NCBI GenBank assembly: GCA_963706815.1
Contig: CAVPNS010000001.1
Span: 230,802 to 294,801, forward strand
Direction: 5' to 3'
DNA length: 64,000 nt
Source: an uncultured Gammaproteobacteria bacterium
GTDB taxonomy: Bacteria > Pseudomonadota > Gammaproteobacteria > Steroidobacterales > Steroidobacteraceae
Shown: piece after piece, positions 9,832 through 18,838 of the stretch
How the letters are laid out: each line of letters begins with the position of its first letter
Position numbering within the stretch: position 1 is the stretch's first letter
Position numbers and translations under genes: made by a program
The notes under the pieces: model-generated
What the model was told of the DNA's origin: nothing
The model's input: only the letters and a program-made list of their open reading frames with translations
Databases searched by the model: none

Positions 9832-10899
9832 CTAGCGCAGCCGCAGCGGCTCGCCGTAGCCGGTCAGCTCCAGGTAGCCGCGGCCGACGGTGCGCGCGCC
9901 CTCGAGCGCGCGCACCGCGCCCTCCCAGTAGATCGTGCCGCTCGACAGGCGCGTATCGTTCTCCTGATCATCGATCAGGGGCTGCAGCAACAGCTCGCGG
10001 GACCCGACGCCGACGCGCCACTGCACCGGGTAGCGGATCGCGGTGCGCGGCGAGCTCCACTGGCGCGCGCTGGTGAAGCGGACCTCGCCGGGAGCGAAGC
10101 TCTGTAGGGTGCCGTCGGCACGGCGCAGCGTGCCGCCTGCCCAGCGCGCGCCGCCGTCGGCGCCGCGGATGCGAAACGCCATCAGGGCGCCGCCATCGTC
10201 CAGGTTGATTCCGATCCAGTCCCACCCGGTCGCCTGCGGCTCGAGGTACTCGTTCGACCATTCATGGTCGAGCCAGGCTTCGCCGTGCACCGGCCCAGGG
10301 CGGCCGGCGCGGGTGATCGAGCCGCTGACCTGCAGGTGCGGAATGCTGTAATACTAGCTGGCCGCGCCCACGGCTCGTCCCTTGCGGCTGAGGCCTGCCT
10401 CGCCGTTCAGCAGCGGCGCCTGCGTTGCGGCCAGTCGCAGCGCCAGCGCGAAATCCGCGCCGGCGATGTTCGCCTGATAGACGCCCGCCGCGCGCTGCAG
10501 GCTCCACTGGTCGACCCACACATGGGTATCGCCGACGTCGGCATCGGCCAGCGCAAAACCGGCGCGCTGGATGCGCTGATCCTGGCACAGGCTGGCCGTG
10601 CTCCGGGTCGCTGAGCGCCGCGTGCGCGATGATCAGCTGGCGCGGCGCAAAGGCACTCGGATTGTCCTCGGCGAGGCCGGGCCGCGTGCGGAAGAAAGTG
10701 ACCTGGAAGCCGAGCGATTCGCCGCCCGGCGTCTCGAGCCAGCCGGTCACGTACCACCATTCGGTCCGATACTCGGGATGGCTGCCGTAATCGGCCGGGA
10801 ACGCGAGTCCGGGCGGCGAACGCCGGCGCCTGCGTGGCCGGCGCGCGGCTGCTGCAGAGCCAGGCAGGACCCAGCAGCGATGAGCGCGACGCGCCTCAC
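9832..10899 (-). pseudogene. AttH/CrtC-like lipocalin-domain protein, disrupted (in-frame TAG plus frameshifts)
   Basis: Family-typical pieces sit in different frames. FPADYGSHPEYRTEWWYVTGWLETPGGESLGFQVTFFRTRPG is in the 10262..11410 frame. DQRIQRAGFALADADVGDTHVWVDQW...GLSRKG and GEAWLDHEWSNEYL...GWDWIGINLDDGGALMAF are in the 9832..10290 frame. An in-frame TAG at 10354-10356 lies where the family has ASYYYS. The GTG start at 10899 overlaps the permease stop (GTGA). Confidence 0.7.
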
Positions 10900-13464
10900 C
10901 AGTCCTCCCGCACGGCGCGGAGCGCGTCCGTCGCTCATCGCCGCGCGCCCGCTCCACAGCGCGGTCAGGCCGCGGCGGCGCACACGAGACCAGGCCGATC
11001 ACGCCGAGCTGGCGATACGGCACCGCGAGATCGATGCTCCAGCGGAAGGACTGGCGGTTGACGACGAACACCAGTACCAGGCTGAGAGCGCCGCCCAGCA
11101 GCAGCCCATAGAACACGCCGAACATGCTGGTCAGGATCCCTTCGCCGGCGAGCAGCGCCAGCACCTGCGAGCGCAGCATGCCGATATGGCGCAGCATGCC
11201 GAACTGGGCGCGCCGCGCGAGCGCGGTGGAACTCGCCGCGAAACTCACGCCGGCAGTCCGATCAGCACGGCGATGGCCTCGAGCGCGTAGGTGATCGCGA
11301 ACGCCCGGTCGAACATCAGCAGCGAGTGGGCACGCACGCGCCGCTCGACATGATCTCGAGCGCCGCGCCCGAGTGCAGCTCGAGCGCCGCACGTGCAGCG
11401 CGCCCTGCACGGCGTGCCGTGATCAGCCCCGGGCGCGAGCCACAGCGCGGCCTCGGTTGCGCACTGCGATCGCCGGTAGCCGCGATGTAGTCGGCCCGGG
11501 CGATGACGATCGCCCCGGTGCTGCGCGCATAGTCGCGCCAGATGCCGGCGATGAAGCAGCGCTGCCAGCGCCCGCCGAGCGGGCAACTCGAGCCGAGTCT
11601 CCCGGCCCGGTAGCCGTACATGATCCTGCACCGCCTCGGAAATCCATACGGCGGGATCGCATCCGTGCGGCAGCGGCCGCGGGGCAGTGCGCACGAGCGG
11701 CAGCTGGTCCGCCGCGCCGGCGGTGCCGAGGTCGCGCGCGATCAGCGCGACCGGCGCCGCGACGGCATCGAGCAGCAGGATCTGCCGCATGCTGCGGAAC
11801 TGCGCGCGGGTCCACGCCCGGGAGGGTGGCGATGCGGCGCTGCTCGGGCTCGCGAAAACGCCGGTCTCCCCGCCCGCATGCGGCCGCAGCTGCAGGTCGG
11901 CCGGCAGCAGCTGGCGCAGCCAGCTCTGGAAGGAGATCGCGGAATGAATGCACCATGATCGCCATCGCGACCATCAGGCTGAAGCTCGCGATGATCGAGG
12001 CCAGGCTCAGCGCTGCGACAGGCCGGCGGTGCGCTGCAGCTGCGCGACTGCCGTATCGAGGACGACGTGGCCGCTGCGCGGCACCGCGCCGAGCAGCGCG
12101 CGCATCAGCCAGGCACGAGCAGCACGGCGCCGAACAGCAGCGCGGCGATCGCGCCATAGCCCGACAGCGGCAATCCGCCGACCGGCGGCAGCCAGGCCAG
12201 CGCGGCACCGCATACGAGCAGCAGCAGCGCGGGCACTCGCGCTGGCAGCGCGTGGAGCGCCGGCTCGATCGATCGCCGGCCCTGAGCGCCAGCGGCCGGA
12301 GCTCGCGCGCGGCCGCTCGCGCGCCGGCAGCCACGCCCCAGGCGCAGGCGACTGCGGTGCCGCGTCAGCATGAATCCGGCCAGCGTCCAGGGCGGGGCGG
12401 CGAAGGCGGCGCCGACCGACGTGCAATTGGCCGTTGCCGAGATCGGCAGCCAGGTAGCGCAGCAGCAGTGATGCGGCGACGGCGCCGAGCGGCACGCCGA
12501 GCAGGCCGCCGATCGCGCCGAGCGCCGCCCCTTCGCCGAGCAGCGCCATTGCAGCTCCCGCGCGTCACGCCGAGTGCGCGCAGCAGCGCGAATGACCGGC
12601 GCCGGCGCAGCACCGAGAGGGACTGCGTCGCGAAAACACCAGAATGCGCCGGTCAGCAGCGCCACCAGCGCCAGCATGTTCAGGTTGACGCGGTAGGCGC
12701 GCGTCGCGCGTCGACGGCCCGTTCGATCTCGGTCCGCGGCGCCGCGCGAGGACACCGGCGGGCAGCTGCATCGCGAGCCGTTGCGCGGAAAGCCGCCAGC
12801 ATCGGTCGCCCGGCGGCAGCCGCAGGTCGATCCGGTTCAGCACGCCAAGACGCGCGAAGGCCCACTGCGCGGCGGCGATGTCCATCACCGCGAGCGGCTG
12901 CGAATAGGCGCCGGGCGACAGGAAGCCCGCCACGCGCAGGGAGATCGGCCTCGCTGCCGACGACGACCTGGAAGCGCTCGCCGCGCCCGAGGTGCAGGCT
13001 TGCCGCGGCCGGGGCGCTCAGAAAAACGGCGTCCGCGGCGAACAGATCGAACAGATGCGGCCCGATGTCACCGATCAGCGCCACCTGCAGCGCCGCGGCC
13101 CGCAGCGGATCGAGTCCCAGGACCTTCAGCGGCTCGGGCCGGCCCGGCAATGCCGCTCCAGCTCGAGCACGGGACTCGCGATGCGCACCCCCGGGTAGCG
13201 GGCGAGGCGTACGAACAGTTCTTCCGGAAACCCTTCGCGCGGCCCGCGCACGACGAGGTCCGCGCCGCCGACCAGCCGCTGGGTGGCCTGGGCGAACTCC
13301 TCGAGCGCGGCGCGGTTGACGAGGCCCACGGCGGCCGCGAGCGCCACGCCGAGCGCTATCGCCACGACGGTCAGCGCGAGGCGCCCGGGCTGGCCGCGCA
13401 GCTGCGACAGCGGCAGCATGCGCCACAGGCGCCATGCGCCGCCGGCGCCCCGCCTCTGCGCCAT
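10896..13464 (-). pseudogene. FtsX-family ABC transporter permease (about 856 aa, YbbP-like), multiply frameshifted
   Basis: Homologous segments are spread over at least five listed minus-strand ORFs. Examples are MAQRRGAGGAWRLWRMLPLSQLRGQPGRLALTVVAIALGVALAAAVG (13126..13500) and LKVLGLDPLRAAALQVALIGDIG (12680..13435). Others are AYRVNLNMLALVALLTGAF (12105..12755) and GMLRHIGMLRSQVLALLAGEGILTSMFGVFYGLLLGG (10262..11410). The C-terminus reads AMSD then DALRAVREDW-stop only after removing 1 nt. The length, 2569 nt, is not a multiple of 3. Confidence 0.75.
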
Positions 13465-13465
13465 G

Positions 13466-14152
13466 TCAGGAACCGGCCGGCGCGCCGAGCCCGCGCGCAT
13501 CGAGCACCAGGATCCGATCGGCCGTCTCCGCGGCCGTGCGCGAGTGGGTGATCAGGATGCCCGCGCCCGCACTGGCCTTGACCTGCTCGCGCAGCAGCGC
13601 CAGGATCTGCGCCGCGTTGCGCGGGTCCAGGTTCCCGGTCGGTTCGTCGGCGAGGACCAGGCGTGGCCGGTGCACCAGCGCGCGTGCGATCGCGACCCGC
13701 TGCAGCTCGCCGCCCGACAGTTCCCGCGGCGCCCTGTGCGCGAGCGCCGCGATGCCGGCCGCCTCGAGCACTTCATGGATGCGGCGCTGCCGCTGATCGC
13801 GGGCGATGCCGAGCAGCTCGAGCGGCAGGGCGACGTTCTGCTCGACGCTCAGGTACGGCAGCACGTGGAAGGCCTGGAATATGAAGCCGACCGATCGGCG
13901 CCGCAGCAGCGTGGTCGCATCGTCATCGAGGCCCGCAAGATCGGTGCCTTCGAGTATCACGCGTCCGGCGCTGGGCCGGTCCAGGCCCGCGAGCAGGTTC
14001 AGCAGCGTGGACTTGCCGACGCCGCTCTCGCCCATGATCGCCAGGTATTCACCCGCTCGCAGCTCGAGGTTGATACCCTCGAGCAGTGCGGCACGGCCAT
14101 CGCCATAGCGCTTGCCCAGCCCTTCGCAACGCAGGACGGTCGGCTCAGCCAC
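13466..14152 (-). CDS. ABC transporter ATP-binding protein (LolD/FtsE-like)
   Basis: 228-aa intact ORF. Walker A is GESGVGKST, the ABC signature is LSGGELQRVAIARAL, and Walker B is LVLADEPTGNLD. Its stop lies 1 nt before the permease ATG. Confidence 0.92.
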   Translation of the reverse strand: MAEPTVLRCEGLGKRYGDGRAALLEGINLELRAGEYLAIMGESGVGKSTLLNLLAGLDRPSAGRVILEGTDLAGLDDDATTLLRRRSVGFIFQAFHVLPYLSVEQNVALPLELLGIARDQRQRRIHEVLEAAGIAALAHRAPRELSGGELQRVAIARALVHRPRLVLADEPTGNLDPRNAAQILALLREQVKASAGAGILITHSRTAAETADRILVLDARGLGAPAGS

Positions 14153-14167
14153 CGTGCGCCGATTTGC

Positions 14168-15601
14168 TCAAGCGGCATCCACCCCGATCACCGCCTTGAC
14201 CTCGAGAAAGTCGCGCAGGCCATATTCGCCGTACTCGCGGCCATTGCCGGACATCTTGAAGCCGCCGAACGGGGTCCTGAAATCGCCGCCGGCGCCGTTG
14301 ATCGAGACCTGGCCGGCGCGGATGCGGCGCGACACACGCTGGGCGTGTGCCGGATCCCGCGACCAGACATAGCCGGCGAGCCCGTAGGGCGTATCGTTCG
14401 CGATGCTGATGGCTTCCTCCTCGCTGTGATAAGGCAGGATGCACAGCACCGGCCCGAAGATCTCTTCACGCGCAATCTTCATCTGGTTGTCGACATTCGA
14501 GAAGATCGTCGGCTTCACGTAATAGCCGCGCATGAGCCCGTCCGGGCGGCCGGTGCCGCCGACCAGCAGGCGCGCCCCTTCGGCAATCCCGGCCTCGATC
14601 AGCGCCTCGACCCGGTCGAATTGCAGCTTCGAAACCAGGGGTCCCAGCGTCGTGGCCTCGGCCGCCGGATCGCCGATCACGGCGCTCGCCGCGGCGCGTC
14701 GCGCGATTGCCTCGACTTCCCCGAGCTTTGCGGCCGGCACCAGCATGCGTGTCGGAGCATTGCAGGACTGGCCGGAATTGCGCAGCACGTGCTGCACGCC
14801 CTTGGTGACAGCGCGCTCGAAGTCGGCGTCGTCGAGCACGATGTTCGGCGACTTGCCGCCAAGTTCCTGGTGCACGCGCTTGACCGTATCGGCGGCGCCG
14901 CGCGCGACAGCCGTACCGGCGCGCGTCGAACCGGTGAACGAGACCATGTCGATCTCCGGATGCGCGGCCAGCGGCGCGCCGACCCTGACCCCGTCGCCAA
15001 TGATCATGTTGAACACGCCCGCCGGTACGCCCGCCTCGTGCATGACCCGGGCCCACAGCAGCGCGCTGAATGGCGCGTATTCGGACGGCTTCAGCACCAT
15101 GGTGCAGCCGGCGGCGAGGGCGGGCACCACCTTGGCGGCAATCTGGTTGATCGGCCAGTTCCACGGCGTGATCAGCGCGCAGACGCCGACCGGTTCCTGG
15201 ACGAGGCGCGTGCGCCCCTGCATCTCCTCGAACCTGAAGCTGCGCAGCACCTCGATCATCGCGCTGATCGTGCCGGAGCCGCACGGGGCCTGCGCCGACC
15301 TGGCGAGGGAGATCGGCGCGCCCATCTCGGTCGATATGGCCTGGGCGATCGCCTCTTCATGCCGGCGGAACTCGACGAGCACGCGTTCGAGCAGGCCCAG
15401 GCGCTCGGCCGGCGTCGTGCGCGCATAGCCGTCGAAGGCGCGCCGCGCGGCGGCAACCGCGTGGTTGACGTCCTCCATGCCGCCCATCGATACGATGCCG
15501 GCAACCGCCTCGGTCGCCGGGTTGATCACCTGGAACTCCCTGCGCTCCACGGGATCGACCCACTGACCGTCGATATAGAACTGCCGGTTGTCGTAGCTCA
15601 T
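14168..15601 (-). CDS. NAD(P)+-dependent aldehyde dehydrogenase
   Basis: ALDH family motifs are present (ITPWNWP, VLKPSE, ELGGKSPNIV, and a catalytic Cys in GQSCNAPTR). I prefer the ATG at 15601 (MSYDNRQFYIDGQWV) with AGAGG upstream. The longest ORF starts at 15637. Confidence 0.9.
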   Translation of the reverse strand: MSYDNRQFYIDGQWVDPVERREFQVINPATEAVAGIVSMGGMEDVNHAVAAARRAFDGYARTTPAERLGLLERVLVEFRRHEEAIAQAISTEMGAPISLARSAQAPCGSGTISAMIEVLRSFRFEEMQGRTRLVQEPVGVCALITPWNWPINQIAAKVVPALAAGCTMVLKPSEYAPFSALLWARVMHEAGVPAGVFNMIIGDGVRVGAPLAAHPEIDMVSFTGSTRAGTAVARGAADTVKRVHQELGGKSPNIVLDDADFERAVTKGVQHVLRNSGQSCNAPTRMLVPAAKLGEVEAIARRAAASAVIGDPAAEATTLGPLVSKLQFDRVEALIEAGIAEGARLLVGGTGRPDGLMRGYYVKPTIFSNVDNQMKIAREEIFGPVLCILPYHSEEEAISIANDTPYGLAGYVWSRDPAHAQRVSRRIRAGQVSINGAGGDFRTPFGGFKMSGNGREYGEYGLRDFLEVKAVIGVDAA

Positions 15602-15710
15602 CAGTCTGCCTCTGGCGGGATGGATATCAGGGCCCATAGTCTACCCGGGGCGCACTGTCGCCGGCCACCGACGAATCGCGGCCAGGGGCGCATCCGGGCT
15701 ATGATTCCCC

Positions 15711-18338
15711 ATGAAATCAACGATCGCCCGGTGGAGTATGGTCATGGTCAGGCCGGTTTCTGTGCTCTGCTGCGCCACCCTGGTGCTGATTTCGGCGCTG
15801 GCGGCCGCGGCCGAATGGAACCCGGTGCGGACCGCGCCGCTCCCGATTGGCCCGCAGACCCACCGCATCGTGGTCGGATTCCGGGCCACTGCCGCCAATA
15901 CCGTGGTCCGGTCGATCGTGACCCGCCCGAATCGCCCGCCGGCTCGTCTGGTGCAGGCGCAGACCTCATCGGCCGACGTGGCCGGCCTGGCGCAGCGCGC
16001 CGGCGTTGCGCTGGCGCGCAGCCGCCAGATCACGACCAGCATGCACGTGCTGTTCCTGCCGAAGACGCTGTACGGCGCCGAGGTTCAGTCGACGCTCGAG
16101 CGACTGCGTGCGGACCCGGCGGTGCAGTTTGCCGAAGTCGACGCGCGCCGCTATGCGCTCGCGGCACCAGCCCCGAACGATCCGCTGTTCGGGCCACCGA
16201 TGCCCGGCGTTTCGAGCGGGCAGTGGTATCTGCTGGCGCCGAACCCATCGATCACGGTCGAAGGCGTCACGACGCAGGACCTGGCTGCGACCGACGCGCA
16301 GGACGCGTGGACCGTGACGACCGGCGGCGCCGGCATCGTGATCGCCGATGTCGACACCGGTGTGCTGTTCGACCATCCGGACCTGCTGCGCGCAAATCTC
16401 GGCGGGCGCCTGCTGCCGGGCTACGACTTCGTTGGCGAGGACTACAACCCGGATTCACCCTACAACGGCCTGGGCACGTACCTGACCGCGAATGACGGCG
16501 ACGGCTGGGATCCGGATCCTTCCGATCCGGGGGACTGGGTCAGTACGGCCGACGTGCAGAACCCGCTGTTCCCAACGTCGTCGTGCGGGGACCCGTCGCA
16601 ATATGGCGGCGTCATACCCAGTTCCTGGCATGGCACGCGCGTCGTCGGCATCTTCGGCGCGATCACGGATAACTCCGTGGGCGTCGCCGGCATGACCTGG
16701 GGCGATGCCGCATCGCCGGGCCCGTGGGTATTGCCGGTCCGCGCCCTCGGCAAATGCGGTGGCTACGATTCGGACATCGTCGCCGGCATCGAATGGGCCG
16801 CGGGCCTGTCCGTCGCCCCGCCGGATGCCGCAACGTCCTCGACGCCGAAGATTCCGCGCAATCCGTTTCCGGCCGACATCATCAACCTGAGCCTCGGCGG
16901 CTCGGACGCGTGCAGCGCGCTGTTCACGACCGGGCTCAGCGACGTGACGCAGATCGGCGTGCTCGTGGTCGCCTCGGCGGGCAATGGCGGTTCGCCGGGT
17001 GCACTGGCGCCGGTATATTCGCCGGCCAACTGCAGCGCCAGGGTTCCCGGAGTCATTGCGGTTGCCGGACTTCGCAACGTCGGCACCAAGGTCGGCTACA
17101 GCAGCTTCGGCCCCGAGGTCGGCGTCAGCGCACCGGCCGGCAACTGCGTCAATTCAGCCGGCGACTGCCTGCGTTCGATCGACTCGACGACCAACGATGG
17201 AACCACCGGACCCGATCCGGCAGGACAGACCTACACGAACGAGCAGAATCCCAACCTCGGCACGAGCTTCTCGGCGCCGATCGTCTCCGGCATCGCCGCA
17301 CTGATGCGCTCGGTCAATGCCAACCTGACGCCGGCGCAGCTCGTGGCCCGGCTCGAGTCCAGCGCTGCGCCATTTCCGCCCAACAACGTCACTCCGGCGC
17401 TGGCCGTCTGCCCCAGCACCGACCCGTCGAGCGGTGAATGCGCCTGCCCGGCGCCCGGTCCCGGCGTGACCCTGCAATGCGGTACCGGCATGGTCAACGC
17501 CCTGAATGCCGTCCGCGCGGCACTGAAACCGATCGGGGTCATCGTGCCGCCCGCAGCGCCGTTTGGCTCGACGGGAGTCGTCGATGCGAGCGCCAGCGTG
17601 GCCTCGTGCGGCAACAGCATCGCCGCCTTTGCGTGGACGGCGAGCCCGACCGCCTTGATCGAGGGCGGCGCCGGCAGTTCACGGGTGACGATAGATCCCG
17701 CCGCGATCCCGTCGGGCAGCACCGGCGTGCTGACGCTGGCCGTGACCGATTCCGCCGGCAACACCGATACCGAGACGCTGGTCCTGTCAGCTAATGCAAC
17801 CGTCAGCAGCACGGCGCCGACAGCCGCGGGCAGCGCCGCAACGGCCTGTCCGGCGCCGCTGGGCGCGAACCCGGCTGCGCCCGCCGCACCGAGCGTCGCC
17901 CCCGTCTTTACCCCGGCACGCGTCGGCGCCAACGCGACGTCGACGCTGACGATCACAATCGGCAACACGAACGGCTTTGACCTGACGCAGGCGAGTCTGG
18001 CCGTCACGCTGCCTGCGGGCCTGACGATTCCGGCGACGCCGAAGGCGGCGACGAACTGCTTCGGGACGCTGGCCGCGCTGGCCAGCGCGGGCAGTGCCGT
18101 TTCGCTGACGAACGCGATTGTCCCTGCCGGCGGGAAGTGCATGATCACGCTGCCGGTGACGGCGGCGAACACCGGCACTTACCCCGTCTCGATTGGCGCC
18201 GGTGCGCTGACGACCGGGCCTGCCGGCGCGAATGCCGCCGCCGCGGCCGCCACCCTGAGCGTGACCGCGCCGGGCGGCGGGGGCGGGGGGAGCTGGGGTG
18301 GCCCGACCTGCTGCTCGGGGCCAGCGCGCTGCTGCTGA
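15711..18338 (+). CDS. Secreted subtilisin-like S8 serine peptidase with a long Ala/Thr/Gly-rich C-terminal region; 3' end probably mis-framed
   Basis: It has a signal peptide (MKSTIARWSMVMVRPVSVLCCATLVLISALAAAAEW). The catalytic triad contexts are VIADVDTGV, SWHGTRVVG and GTSFSAPIVSG. The listed frame ends GGGGGGSWGGPTCCSGPARCC at 18338. After the G-runs at 18279-18290 the adjacent frame gives a sorting-signal-like tail ending at 18370 (see findings). Confidence 0.88.
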   Translation: MKSTIARWSMVMVRPVSVLCCATLVLISALAAAAEWNPVRTAPLPIGPQTHRIVVGFRATAANTVVRSIVTRPNRPPARLVQAQTSSADVAGLAQRAGVALARSRQITTSMHVLFLPKTLYGAEVQSTLERLRADPAVQFAEVDARRYALAAPAPNDPLFGPPMPGVSSGQWYLLAPNPSITVEGVTTQDLAATDAQDAWTVTTGGAGIVIADVDTGVLFDHPDLLRANLGGRLLPGYDFVGEDYNPDSPYNGLGTYLTANDGDGWDPDPSDPGDWVSTADVQNPLFPTSSCGDPSQYGGVIPSSWHGTRVVGIFGAITDNSVGVAGMTWGDAASPGPWVLPVRALGKCGGYDSDIVAGIEWAAGLSVAPPDAATSSTPKIPRNPFPADIINLSLGGSDACSALFTTGLSDVTQIGVLVVASAGNGGSPGALAPVYSPANCSARVPGVIAVAGLRNVGTKVGYSSFGPEVGVSAPAGNCVNSAGDCLRSIDSTTNDGTTGPDPAGQTYTNEQNPNLGTSFSAPIVSGIAALMRSVNANLTPAQLVARLESSAAPFPPNNVTPALAVCPSTDPSSGECACPAPGPGVTLQCGTGMVNALNAVRAALKPIGVIVPPAAPFGSTGVVDASASVASCGNSIAAFAWTASPTALIEGGAGSSRVTIDPAAIPSGSTGVLTLAVTDSAGNTDTETLVLSANATVSSTAPTAAGSAATACPAPLGANPAAPAAPSVAPVFTPARVGANATSTLTITIGNTNGFDLTQASLAVTLPAGLTIPATPKAATNCFGTLAALASAGSAVSLTNAIVPAGGKCMITLPVTAANTGTYPVSIGAGALTTGPAGANAAAAAATLSVTAPGGGGGGSWGGPTCCSGPARCC

Positions 18339-18366
18339 TCCGGGGCGGTCGCGGCAGGGGCAGCCG

Positions 18367-18771
18367 ATGAACCCGGTGGCGCCCGCATCGGCGCGCGTGC
18401 TGATCGAGATCCTGAACGCGTTTCGCGACGCGCGCGGCAGCCTGTTCGAACCGCTCGACGACGAGGAACTCGCTGGGCAGCGGAACGTGCATGTCGTGCT
18501 GACCCGGCCCGGCGAAGTGCGCGGCAATCATCTGCACCGCGCCTCGACCGAGATGACGAGCGTCGTCGGGCCCTGTCTCGTGCGGCTCCGGGAAGGCACT
18601 GCGCTGCGCGACGTCGAGGTGCCGGCTGACGAAGTATGGCGGTTCACGATACCGCCCGGCGTCGCGCACGCCTATCGCAACACGGGCGACCGCCTGATGA
18701 CGATGGTATCGTTCAGTACCCACGTGCACGATCCTGCCAACAGCGACCTGGTGCGCGAGGTCATCCTGTAG
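18367..18771 (+). CDS. Cupin-fold protein, sugar-nucleotide epimerase/isomerase-like (RmlC/FdtA/WbuC-type)
   Basis: I chose the ATG at 18367 (MNPVAPASARVLIEILNAFRDARGSLFEP...VRGNHLH...) within the 18298..18771 ORF. F-x-D-x-RG-x-L and RGNHxH resemble cupin sugar epimerase/isomerase domains. The specific activity is not assignable. Confidence 0.65.
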   Translation: MNPVAPASARVLIEILNAFRDARGSLFEPLDDEELAGQRNVHVVLTRPGEVRGNHLHRASTEMTSVVGPCLVRLREGTALRDVEVPADEVWRFTIPPGVAHAYRNTGDRLMTMVSFSTHVHDPANSDLVREVIL

Positions 18772-18830
18772 CCGCGATGCGCCGCGCCCTGCCGCGATGC
18801 GCCGCGCCCTGCCGCGATGCGGCGCGCTGC
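18771..18830. repeat. 20-bp tandem repeat, two perfect copies plus one diverged copy
   Basis: GCCGCGATGCGCCGCGCCCT occurs at 18771-18790 and again at 18791-18810. A third copy, GCCGCGATGCGGCGCGCTGC at 18811-18830, matches 16 of 20 positions. The repeat lies between convergent gene ends. Confidence 0.85.
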
Positions 18831-18838
18831 GACGTCGT

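Noticed and set aside
13283-16495. 1070-aa plus-strand ORF, the longest in the track. Similar long ORFs include 227..1525, 2166..3659, 4564..6045, 6576..8318, 8407..9723, 11373..13319, 18965..20653, 25292..27067, 28860..30536, 32287..33771, 38006..39331, 44958..46568, 55327..57102 and 57901..59583.
   Set aside because: They are Arg/Ala/Gly/Pro-rich with low-complexity composition and no recognisable motifs. Each lies antisense to, or out of frame with, a gene that has clear family signatures. Open antisense frames are expected in very GC-rich DNA because stop codons are A/T-rich.
18771-18830. Possible CRISPR array.
   Set aside because: There are only about 2.8 directly abutting 20-bp copies with no spacers, and no cas genes anywhere in the window.
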